Assembly: GCA_965207885.1 (NCBI GenBank)
Contig: OZ242311.1
Coordinates: 1,696,001-1,760,000 of the forward strand
Direction of reading: 5' to 3'
Origin: Candidatus Latescibacterota bacterium
Lineage (GTDB): Bacteria > Latescibacterota > UBA2968
Length of the DNA stretch: 64,000 nt
The position numbers and the translations under genes are program-made. A model generated the notes under the pieces. The model did no database searches and was not told where the DNA came from. It worked only from the letters and a program-made list of their open reading frames with translations. Below are positions 1 through 8,620 of this stretch, piece after piece; position 1 is the first letter of the stretch; each line of letters starts with the position of its first letter.

Positions 1-1613
1 GGCGCAGTATCAACCTCAATATTCGCCGCCACCTGATGCGTAGCGGTCTCGATAACCGTGACCCGATTCTCAGATGTACCGACAGATCCCCCCGTATTGG
101 CGACAAACAAATAGCGCTGATCCGGCGTCATCAAAACGCTCAAAGGCACCACGCCAGTGGGAATGTGCGCCACCTCTTCACCCGTACCCATATCGATAAC
201 AGCCACCACATCGGCATCTCGCAATGCAACAAAAAGTACAGGCGATCCAGACAATGATATCACATCGAATTGCAGCCTGGGTAAATCAGATGCTGGCGAA
301 GGCGTCTCATTGCCATCGTCATCGCGCGCAATCACCCGATATTCAACCCTCGACCCCACACTTTGTCCGTCGAGTTCAGCGGCAAAAATATCATTACCCG
401 TAGGGATCATTGGCAGCACCTGCTCGCCCCCACCATTGATCCGATAACGCAGCTCCACAGTCGCCACCCCTGTATTATCGGTCACCCTTGCCGAAAAGCG
501 ATAAGGACCATTGGGATCGGGCGTATTGGCTGGAAAAATGGTCTCCCGAATAAAGGGTGCGCCCGGCGCAGAAGGCCCAATCGCAAAATCGATATTCTCT
601 ATAACGCGGTCAATCTCAACGCGTATGATCTGGGCATTATCCTGCACAAACGCATTCTTGTAATACTCTCTGTCTAATCTTTCTTCATATAACGTCTGAA
701 AAATACCGCCAAAATTATCAGCAGAGATTGCGGGATGGTGGCGCTCAATCGCAACGTGATAATCACCCGGAGGCAAACCGAGAATTTCATACCGACCATC
801 GCCATTGGGACCCTTTTGATCCCCGGCCGCCCCCGACAGAGCACTCGCGACAAACATAAGGGAATCTGTTCCTGCCTGATAAGCCACCACATGCACGCCA
901 AATGCGGGACCATCGGCACTCAAGACCTGCCCACGCACACCGCCTGTTAGCCCTTCCACCGGATATATCGCCGTTATACCCGCGATATCATCGGCTTCCA
1001 GAGAACGCTCCGCACGCGGTGCCTGGGACGAAGCGAAGGGAAACATTGTCGCGCGCAGTTCGGGATCACCCACCCAGGGGCTGTGATCCAGCCCCAACAA
1101 ATGACCGATTTCATGCGTCATTATAGCGTGAAGATCAAACAGATCTTCAGGCGTAGTATTCTCCTCAATCGAAAACTGATGATCCCGCCCATTAAAAACA
1201 ATATCTGTATCCGTAATAAGACCATCGTCGTTCTCGATGACCCGTGCAACTGCAACGACCCCCGTACCCTCGGGTGCGCCTATAACCTCTCCCGTCGCAT
1301 CGTAAAAAATCACATTGCGATTGTCATTACCCGACACTTCAAGCTGTGCTGTACCTTCATATTCAAAGGTAATAAATGCCGATGGCACCGCGCCCCAGTC
1401 ATTAAACCCCTGCTGTGCAATCCGCACCACCTCAGTCTCGGGAAAGGGAAAACTCCCGGCATTGACCACAAAGGGAATACCAGCCCCGGCCCGAGAGGGT
1501 GACCAGCGAAGTGTCACAATTTGTCCACGCGAATTTTGTCGTGTAAGAATCACATATCCCTCTGCACCAACCCACAGAAAGAGCAGAAGGCCGACAACAC
1601 ATATTTTTTTCAC
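1..1613 (-). CDS. Secreted matrixin-family (metzincin) metalloprotease with carboxypeptidase-regulatory-like/Ig-like and YVTN-like beta-propeller segments; runs off the left edge
   Basis: Not in ORF track; translated manually from GTG at 1613 (GAGGA RBS): signal peptide MKKICVVGLLLFLWVGAEG, HEIGHLLGLDH zinc motif (~1085-1115), Met-turn ATMFP, later YLFVANTG..VTVIET repeat. Confidence 0.8.
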   Translation of the reverse strand, partial: MKKICVVGLLLFLWVGAEGYVILTRQNSRGQIVTLRWSPSRAGAGIPFVVNAGSFPFPETEVVRIAQQGFNDWGAVPSAFITFEYEGTAQLEVSGNDNRNVIFYDATGEVIGAPEGTGVVAVARVIENDDGLITDTDIVFNGRDHQFSIEENTTPEDLFDLHAIMTHEIGHLLGLDHSPWVGDPELRATMFPFASSQAPRAERSLEADDIAGITAIYPVEGLTGGVRGQVLSADGPAFGVHVVAYQAGTDSLMFVASALSGAAGDQKGPNGDGRYEILGLPPGDYHVAIERHHPAISADNFGGIFQTLYEERLDREYYKNAFVQDNAQIIRVEIDRVIENIDFAIGPSAPGAPFIRETIFPANTPDPNGPYRFSARVTDNTGVATVELRYRINGGGEQVLPMIPTGNDIFAAELDGQSVGSRVEYRVIARDDDGNETPSPASDLPRLQFDVISLSGSPVLFVALRDADVVAVIDMGTGEEVAHIPTGVVPLSVLMTPDQRYLFVANTGGSVGTSENRVTVIETATHQVAANIEVDTA

Positions 1614-1617
1614 AATA

Positions 1618-2010
1618 TCAATCCTCATGTTTAAGTACCGGTTCCGATCCCGTCGCATCCACCATCCACACCTCAGCGCTGCCATCTCGATCAAAATCCG
1701 CTTCTGCATACGCCTTGAAACCATCCTCCGAAACAATCACCCGATAGCGAAACCGTCCGGGCGCATTATTGAGTTGTAAAATATCACCGTTATTTTTTTT
1801 ATCGATAGGCAAATAAGTGCCATATTCGGCGAGATATGCGTGTTGTAGAGCCGCAATGCGTTGCAACATAATGCGAGCGCGTTCTCGTTCTGCATCTTCG
1901 GGCGTGCGATATGTAAACTGATAAAACAACACCAGGCACAGCATCACCAACAGCCCAATCACGATACCCACTTGATGCAACTGACCTCGATATTCCCAAA
2001 AGAACATCAC
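1618..2010 (-). CDS. Type IV pilin-like small membrane protein
   Basis: N-terminal hydrophobic helix, then LQRIAALQHAYLAEYGTY and F.AYAEADFDRDG..EVW, typical of pilin-like proteins. Confidence 0.55.
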   Translation of the reverse strand: MMFFWEYRGQLHQVGIVIGLLVMLCLVLFYQFTYRTPEDAERERARIMLQRIAALQHAYLAEYGTYLPIDKKNNGDILQLNNAPGRFRYRVIVSEDGFKAYAEADFDRDGSAEVWMVDATGSEPVLKHED

Positions 2011-3668
2011 GGACTCTCCTCACTGGTCGGCAACATCCACCAGATTTTGGATTCCAACTTCTCGACCTCCGTCTCCCATCGCGCCCGTACCTCCACCGTA
2101 TCAGCCCGCGCGATCAAAGGCTCTGCGGGCAAAAACGGATGGACTTGCCCAGACATCCACTGACCATTGTGATCGCGATCTAAAAATCCAGAAATACGAT
2201 ACGTCCCCGGAAGCAAACTCGTCAAACTAAACGTCGTATCCCGCAAAACCTGTTCCCGGAAAAAATCATGCGTCAACCCCTCCATCCATACCACAACATC
2301 AGAAGAAGACGTCGTCCCGGAAACGCGCCCCAGAGCCGCGGTGTCCATCACAGAAAAAACAAACGAAATCGGTTCAGAAAGAACATTGCCCCCAATATCC
2401 AATAGCCTCTCGCGATTTCCAATAAGTCGAAACGTCTCGCCACTCGTCCAAAGACTATCCGGTAAAAACACGAGATGATTGGGTGCAACCCATTCAAAAT
2501 GCCCTTGCGGAACAACCGTCGAATCCGACGCTATCCAGAAGTCGGACACACCATCTACACGCATCGCATCGGAAAATAACATGCGAATCACAGCCGTTGG
2601 CAAAACATTCTCGGCATTCTCCGATGGCGCGCGTGCCAGCACCTCTGGCGCGCGTCGATCGCGCGTACCATCGCCTCGCACCATTACATCTGTGGTATCG
2701 CGATTCCCCCACCGATCTACGACATCAACCCGAGCAGTGTATTCCACGCCCTGCGTTTGCAGTTCAGTAATCAACCCCACCCCGCTCGAGTCAACGGGAT
2801 CTTGATATATCTCCAACACCGATAGCCCAGATATTTCAACGCCCAAAACGCGCACAGGTTCATCAAAACGCATCAAAACATGCTGTTGATCGGGAGTGCG
2901 GGCAGCAACGAGCGCGGGTGCTGACGTATCGCGCACCGCGAGTTTGAGATCACCCAGGCGAACGCGCCCCTCATCGAAAAGCGCCACATCGCCTGGCGGA
3001 AGTGCCAACAAATCGCCAGATGAATACGCGCGATCATTATTCTGATCGTCAAAAGCAAATATCCGATAATTCCCAGAACCCAAACGCGGCAATACAAAAT
3101 GGCCCGTTTCATCGGGCTGCGTCACATAAGTGGGGCGATCGCTTCCCGGATCGGGTGCCGTCACCACAGACAGATCATAAGCCCAAACAAAAACCTGTCC
3201 CCTCTCCTCCTTAGACTTCAACACCCGCCCATTGAGTTCCCCGCGATTTAAGCGATCCCCCGTCGCAAATCCAAAACTATAAGAAGCCCGCATGCGGTTG
3301 CGCCACTCATCCGCGCTCTCCTGCCCCACCGTAACCAGATATGTTCGGTCGGCTTGCAAGCCATCGGGCAATCGAACTTCCAGCACATCCCCACGCCACT
3401 TGAAATCGAATTCCTCAGCCCCCTGTGGCGAAATAAATAATGCCCGCTCGACCGACCTGCGATCCATCGCCTCAGAAAAGCGAATGCGAATCGGCGTATC
3501 CAACCCGACTCGCACAGAATCATCTGCGGGCACTGTATCGATCACCCTCGGCGGCGTCTTATCGAGCGGTCCTCCCGGCGGAGGCATCTGCCGCGCACAG
3601 GCCATCAAGAAACAGATAATACATAAGAAAAAAAATCCCCCGTTTCTCTGTCGTCTATCGTCTATCAT
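2007..3668 (-). CDS. Ig-like (Big_5/SbsA) domain lipoprotein
   Basis: Lipobox-like LMAC followed by PPPGGPLDKTPP; repeated P..GA.NV...I.I.FSEAM Ig-like motifs. Confidence 0.8.
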   Translation of the reverse strand: MIDDRRQRNGGFFFLCIICFLMACARQMPPPGGPLDKTPPRVIDTVPADDSVRVGLDTPIRIRFSEAMDRRSVERALFISPQGAEEFDFKWRGDVLEVRLPDGLQADRTYLVTVGQESADEWRNRMRASYSFGFATGDRLNRGELNGRVLKSKEERGQVFVWAYDLSVVTAPDPGSDRPTYVTQPDETGHFVLPRLGSGNYRIFAFDDQNNDRAYSSGDLLALPPGDVALFDEGRVRLGDLKLAVRDTSAPALVAARTPDQQHVLMRFDEPVRVLGVEISGLSVLEIYQDPVDSSGVGLITELQTQGVEYTARVDVVDRWGNRDTTDVMVRGDGTRDRRAPEVLARAPSENAENVLPTAVIRMLFSDAMRVDGVSDFWIASDSTVVPQGHFEWVAPNHLVFLPDSLWTSGETFRLIGNRERLLDIGGNVLSEPISFVFSVMDTAALGRVSGTTSSSDVVVWMEGLTHDFFREQVLRDTTFSLTSLLPGTYRISGFLDRDHNGQWMSGQVHPFLPAEPLIARADTVEVRARWETEVEKLESKIWWMLPTSEESP

Positions 3669-3681
3669 CTGCTCTTCGCAC

Positions 3682-4050
3682 TTATAGATTCAACGTATGC
3701 CGTAGAGCCACATCAACTTTGGTCATTGGAAGCGAACCAATTGCGCGGTCAATTGCCGATTCAACAACTGTGGCAAGATTATCAGTCATTACTACCGAGT
3801 CCGTGAGTAGCCCTGATTGTTGTCCTTCGGGGGTAGAAAGTAAAATGGTAACACGGCTCGAATGATTGGCGCGAAACATCTGGCTGGTAATCATCGCCAC
3901 GATCACTTGCGATAAGCCGGTTTGAAGATTGTCAGATTGAACGATTAATCCCGGACGTGGCCTAGCCGTAAGCAAGTTGGAATCTGGAAAGAGCACTAAA
4001 ATGACATCACCGCGTTTATAGGTTGGATTTGGCTGCGTCATAGTTGTCAT
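3682..4050 (-). CDS. PemK/MazF family toxin
   Basis: KRGDVILVLFP...RPGLIVQ...VAMITS...DSVV.TDNL.TV signature. Confidence 0.9.
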   Translation of the reverse strand: MTTMTQPNPTYKRGDVILVLFPDSNLLTARPRPGLIVQSDNLQTGLSQVIVAMITSQMFRANHSSRVTILLSTPEGQQSGLLTDSVVMTDNLATVVESAIDRAIGSLPMTKVDVALRHTLNL

Positions 4051-4267
4051 AAATACTCATTTCAGGGCTTTCCCAGTCTTCGGCAAAAGTCGCCAGGCGT
4101 TCACGCAAATCTGCTGCCTGTGCTTTGTCAATACCTCGTTTTTGTAAATCAATAGAATGTGTTGGCAGAAACGTTACAATAACGGGTGTATCTTCACACA
4201 CATCGCGGGGTGTTTCCGAGAGTTCAATTTTGCCACCGCGATACATTCCTTCAATTGTTGTGAGCAT
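4016..4267 (-). CDS. Putative antitoxin (AF2212/DUF104-like N-terminus)
   Basis: TIEGMYRGGKIEL start; overlaps the MazF gene; GAAGGAG RBS. Confidence 0.7.
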   Translation of the reverse strand: MLTTIEGMYRGGKIELSETPRDVCEDTPVIVTFLPTHSIDLQKRGIDKAQAADLRERLATFAEDWESPEMSIYDNYDAAKSNL

Positions 4268-4337
4268 GGGGATCACTCCTTCTGTAATCTATTGTCTGTC
4301 CTGTGTTCATTCCTAATTCCCAATTACCAGTATTTCT

Positions 4338-5225
4338 TCACGCCCGTGGATGCGCCTGTCGATAAGCTCTTTTTAACCGTTCAACACTCACATGCGTATA
4401 AACCTGCGTGGTAGAAAGACTCGCATGGCCGAGCAATTCTCTCACCGCATTGAGATCTGCACCCGCATCCAGAAGATGGGTTGCATAGGCGTGGCGCAAT
4501 GCATGGGGGGACAAAGTCCGCCCAGTCGCTTTGCTTAGATACCGGGCAACGCGACCTTGAATACCACTCGGACTAAGCGGACGCCCAGACCGCGCCAAAA
4601 ACAAATGCCGTTGATCAACCGTCTGCTCAGAAATCAGTTCCCCTCGCCGCATCAGATAAGCCACCAGCGCGACCCGAGCCGGTTCCCCAAAAGGAACCAA
4701 TCGCTCCTTGTTGCCCTTGCCCACAACCCGCACCAGTTTATCTGCCAGATCCACAGCCTCAATTTTAAGCCCCGCAAGCTCGCGCAATCGAATCCCCGCG
4801 CTGTAAAACAACTCCAAAATCGCCCGATCGCGCAATCCCAACACCGTATTGGGCGACGGCAGGGACATCGCGCGGGCAACCTCGTCAACATCCAGATAAA
4901 CGGGCAATATCTTATCCTGCCTGGGCGGGCGCACATCAAGCGCTGGATTCCGATCCAAATCGCCCACATTGCACAAATAACTCAAAAACGTTCGCACCGC
5001 CGCCAGCTTTCGGGCAACAGACCGCCGACCAAATCCCCTATTGTGCAAAAATCCCAAAAAATCCCGCACTGCGTTCCGATCAATCTGTTCCACGCGATCC
5101 ACCTGACGCCCCTGCAAAAAAGCGGCGAACTGATCCAGATCCGTGTTATATGCCGCACACGTATGATCGGACAACCGCCGCTGCCGCGATAGATGAGTAA
5201 GAAATTGGGTAATGGCTGTTTTCAT
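4338..5225 (-). CDS. xerC: Tyrosine recombinase XerC
   Basis: RD.AILE..Y..GIR..EL, GKGNKER.VP, PHALRH.YATHLLD.GADL..V.ELLGH.SLSTTQVYTH; downstream of topA. Confidence 0.88.
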   Translation of the reverse strand: MKTAITQFLTHLSRQRRLSDHTCAAYNTDLDQFAAFLQGRQVDRVEQIDRNAVRDFLGFLHNRGFGRRSVARKLAAVRTFLSYLCNVGDLDRNPALDVRPPRQDKILPVYLDVDEVARAMSLPSPNTVLGLRDRAILELFYSAGIRLRELAGLKIEAVDLADKLVRVVGKGNKERLVPFGEPARVALVAYLMRRGELISEQTVDQRHLFLARSGRPLSPSGIQGRVARYLSKATGRTLSPHALRHAYATHLLDAGADLNAVRELLGHASLSTTQVYTHVSVERLKRAYRQAHPRA

Positions 5226-5256
5226 AACATTTAAAAGAAGGGAGGCACACGATGCC

Positions 5257-5679
5257 CTATTCCCTTTTATCCTCGGTGAGATTAATAAAAAAATCCCGAA
5301 ATACGTCTGGCGTCATGACCTGAACCCCTTTGCGACAATGCGAAGGATAATGTCGCGTATTGCCTGTAACCAGACAAGCTTTCCCAGCAATCGCAACTTC
5401 GAGGAAGGGTGCATCATCCATATCTGGAAGATCATCTGTTAGAGGCTGTGTGGGATACACTTCACCTCTGCGTTCAATTTGATCCATCAACGCCTGAACG
5501 CGGGCTGGATCAAATTGAAACTTTGGACGCGCCAGCACCTCGCGATATTCACTGATAATTCGTACATCATAACAAATGTTCACGGCGTTCGATGCCACCA
5601 AGCGCACGATTTCACCCGGCGCACCATAAGGATTTAAAAGCCCAGAAACCAGCACATTGGTATCCAAAACGATCTTCAT
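5257..5679 (-). CDS. PIN-domain toxin (PIN_3 type)
   Basis: IVLDTNVLVSGL...DDAPFLEVA...LVTGN..HY. Confidence 0.9.
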   Translation of the reverse strand: MKIVLDTNVLVSGLLNPYGAPGEIVRLVASNAVNICYDVRIISEYREVLARPKFQFDPARVQALMDQIERRGEVYPTQPLTDDLPDMDDAPFLEVAIAGKACLVTGNTRHYPSHCRKGVQVMTPDVFRDFFINLTEDKRE

Positions 5680-5957
5680 TGAGATCTCGATTTGCGCACG
5701 GCTTGTATTTCGCGGTTTACCTCTTTCAAATCCATCTTATTAAGACCATTTTCAACCGATTGATTTTGAAGATCATCAACAGCTTGAATTGCACGCACGC
5801 GACGAAAAGCCGCCAGGGTTTCTTCCCAATCGGCATCGGAAACAGATGACAAAATGGCGATAGGTTTTCCCTGAGCCGTAATCACCATTTCTCGCTCATC
5901 AGCCAATTGCTCCCAAATCTTGGCTGGTCGTAGATCTCTTATCTGAATAAAACGCAT
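5676..5957 (-). CDS. Phd/YefM family antitoxin
   Basis: I.IRDLR...MVIT.QGKPIAIL; 4-bp overlap with the PIN toxin. Confidence 0.85.
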   Translation of the reverse strand: MRFIQIRDLRPAKIWEQLADEREMVITAQGKPIAILSSVSDADWEETLAAFRRVRAIQAVDDLQNQSVENGLNKMDLKEVNREIQAVRKSRSQ

Positions 5958-5988
5958 TGTGGAATCTCCTACTGCCTTTCAAAACCTT

Positions 5989-6041
5989 CTGGATTACTTC
6001 GTCATGCTTCGCGTGGCGGCTCAACATCATGCCGCAATGAC
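5989..6041. repeat. GTCA-type REP-like palindrome copy with a 20-bp internal insertion
   Basis: CTGGATT[acttcgtcatgcttcgcgtg]GCGGCTCAACATCATGCCGCAATGAC; shares flank AAAACCTTCTGGAT with the copy at 46360. Confidence 0.65.
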
Positions 6042-6091
6042 GGGTGCTATCACTGAACTGATCTGGACTACGGCCAGTTGTACACTGTTCC

Positions 6092-8530
6092 TCACTTCCT
6101 ACGCCTACGCCTTCTCCTATTCGTCGCCGGATTTTCCGCAATAATCTTCTCGCAAGCAGCCTTTGTCAAAGACGACGCCTCTACGCCCTTTGGAATGCGG
6201 TAATTATTTCCATTGTGTTTAATATAAGGACCATACCGCCCGGCAAGAACCTGAATCCCGTCAAAATCGTGAATCACATTCTGCGACTGCCTGCCGCCTG
6301 CGCCGCCCTCCATGAATTTTTCGAGCGTCTCGCGGTCTAATGTCGCCGCATCCATCCCTCTGGGAATCCTGTAATTCTTACCATCTTTGCGAATATAGGG
6401 ACCATACCGCCCATTGAGCACCTGGAAATCGCCAAAATCCTGAATCACATTTTTGGCTTTGCGATCTTCCTCAGCAGCCGCGATCTCCAACGCGCGAGCA
6501 AGCGTCACCTCAAACAAGTCCTCTCCCTCTGGCAGGGAGAAAAAGTTGCGACCTATTCGCACATAGGGACCGTATCGACCAGTATTGACCTGCACCTCAT
6601 CACCCGCATCATTTTGCCCGAGTTTGCGGGGCAATTCAAAACACTTGAGAGCATCGGCCAATTCAATATCAAAAATACTCTGATTGGGAGGCAAAGATGC
6701 AAACAAAGGCTTGTCCTCTTCACCTGCCCTACCAATCTGGACATAAGGACCAAACTTCCCAAAACTCACACTCACCTCGCGTCCCGTATTGGGGTCTTTG
6801 CCCAACTTGCGCCCAATTTTATCAACCGACTTTTTGTCCTCCACCCGCTTATTAAACGGCGGATAAAACGCCTCCAACATCGCCTTCCATGAATTTTTGC
6901 CCTGAGCAATCTCGTCAAAATCGTCTTCGAGATGCGACGTAAAACGCAAATCGACAATATCGGGAAAATGCGCCATCAAAAAATCGTTCACCACCTCGCC
7001 GATATCTGTGGGTTTGAGCTTCTTATCTCGCGTGCGTTCCACATACTCCCGGCTTTGAATCGTCGAAATCGTCGGCGAATAAGTCGAGGGACGCCCAATA
7101 CCCTCGCCCTCGAGCTTCTTCACCAGCGAAGCCTCGGTATAACGCGCGGGCGGCTTGGTAAACAACTGCTCCAAATGCAACTTCTCCAAATTGAGCACCT
7201 GTCCCTTAGCAACCCTGGGCAAAATCACATCTTTATCGCTGATATTGGCCTCCGGATCATCTGATCCCTCGGCATAAACCCTCAAAAATCCAGGGAATAA
7301 AACGCGCTGCCCCTTTGCCTCAAAAATCAATTCACCAGCCTCACCTGCCCGAATGCGAATCGTCGTATATGCAATGCGCGCATCGGCCATCTGCGTCGCC
7401 AACGTGCGCTTCCAGATCAAATCGTAAAGCCGAAATTGTCGGGGATCGAGATGTGCTCTAACGCGATTGGGTTTAATCGACAAATCCGCCGGACGAATCG
7501 CCTCGTGCGCTTCTTGCGCCCCCCTGGTCCTATTGGCAAACCGCCGGGGTTTTTCCACAGTATAATCCCGACCAAATTCTCGCGCGATCACCTCCCGCGC
7601 CTGATTCACCGCCTGCTCGGCCAAACTCACCGAATCGGTACGCATATACGTAATCAAACCGCCGGTATATCCGGGAATTTCAAAATTGCCCTCATAAAGC
7701 TGTTGTGCAACCCGCATCGTCTGCGCCACGGAAAAACTTAGTTTGCGAGACGCCTCTTGTTGCAACGTCGATGTCGTAAACGGAGGCACGGGCCGCCGCA
7801 CGCCCTCGCGCTCGATCACCTCTGCCACGACAAATTGTCCCTTCAGCGCGCTCGCTTCAATAGCTCTGGCCTCGGCTTCATTTTTCACAGACGCTTTTTT
7901 GCCATTCTGCCGCGTCAATTCAGCCTGAAATTTGGGATCCTTAAAATCGGATTTAATCCTCCAATATTCCTCTGGCTTAAACGCCCGAATCTCCCGCTCC
8001 CGATCAACAATAATCCGCACCGCCACACTCTGCACGCGTCCGGCTGACAATCCGCCCTTTACCTTTCGCCACAACAAAGGCGACAACTCATATCCCACAG
8101 CGCGATCCAAAATGCGACGCGCCTGTTGTGCATCGACCAAATTTTGATCCAGTTCGCGCGGATTTTCAAGCGCGTGCAAAATCGCAGACCGGGTAATCTC
8201 GTGGAACACAATCCGCTTAATAGACTGATTCTTGAGCTTGAGCGCGGAAATCAGATGCCACGAAATAGATTCCCCTTCGCGGTCTTCATCCGTCGCCAGA
8301 TATACAGTCGTATCTTTTTCAATATCCTTTTTCAGCGCCTGAATCACGCTGCGCTTGTCTTGCGACACGACGTATTTGGGATCAAAACTCTCCACATCAA
8401 AGCCCAATTCACGTGCTGGAAGATCGCGCACATGCCCCATAGAAGCGGCGACTTTGTAGTCCTTGCCCACAAATCGAGAAATTGTGCGTGCCTTAGCAGG
8501 TGATTCGACAATAATCAAATTTTTTGCCAT
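6092..8530 (-). CDS. topA: DNA topoisomerase I (type IA) with C-terminal GRYGPY repeats
   Basis: LIIVESPAKA, ATDEDREGE, SAGRVQS, ITYMRTDS, GIGRPSTY. Confidence 0.97.
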   Translation of the reverse strand: MAKNLIIVESPAKARTISRFVGKDYKVAASMGHVRDLPARELGFDVESFDPKYVVSQDKRSVIQALKKDIEKDTTVYLATDEDREGESISWHLISALKLKNQSIKRIVFHEITRSAILHALENPRELDQNLVDAQQARRILDRAVGYELSPLLWRKVKGGLSAGRVQSVAVRIIVDREREIRAFKPEEYWRIKSDFKDPKFQAELTRQNGKKASVKNEAEARAIEASALKGQFVVAEVIEREGVRRPVPPFTTSTLQQEASRKLSFSVAQTMRVAQQLYEGNFEIPGYTGGLITYMRTDSVSLAEQAVNQAREVIAREFGRDYTVEKPRRFANRTRGAQEAHEAIRPADLSIKPNRVRAHLDPRQFRLYDLIWKRTLATQMADARIAYTTIRIRAGEAGELIFEAKGQRVLFPGFLRVYAEGSDDPEANISDKDVILPRVAKGQVLNLEKLHLEQLFTKPPARYTEASLVKKLEGEGIGRPSTYSPTISTIQSREYVERTRDKKLKPTDIGEVVNDFLMAHFPDIVDLRFTSHLEDDFDEIAQGKNSWKAMLEAFYPPFNKRVEDKKSVDKIGRKLGKDPNTGREVSVSFGKFGPYVQIGRAGEEDKPLFASLPPNQSIFDIELADALKCFELPRKLGQNDAGDEVQVNTGRYGPYVRIGRNFFSLPEGEDLFEVTLARALEIAAAEEDRKAKNVIQDFGDFQVLNGRYGPYIRKDGKNYRIPRGMDAATLDRETLEKFMEGGAGGRQSQNVIHDFDGIQVLAGRYGPYIKHNGNNYRIPKGVEASSLTKAACEKIIAENPATNRRRRRRRK

Positions 8531-8553
8531 CAAAACATCCTTTATCATTCAGG

Positions 8554-8580
8554 GTAGGGGCGACGCTCCTGTATTCGCCC
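8554..8580 (+). repeat. GTAG-type REP-like palindrome
   Basis: GTAG followed by GGGCGA-N11-TCGCCC stem in the gap upstream of topA; single copy in window. Confidence 0.45.
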
Positions 8581-8620
8581 ATTACAATCCAGAAAAAAAT
8601 ACGCGCACCAATTACAAAAG

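Noticed and set aside
4338-5225. Tyrosine recombinase as a phage or integron integrase
   Set aside because: About 295 aa with XerC/D motifs, next to topA, no integron-specific insertion and no att sites
6140-6460. Internal repeat near the 3' end of topA
   Set aside because: Ordinary topoisomerase I C-terminal GRYGPY repeats
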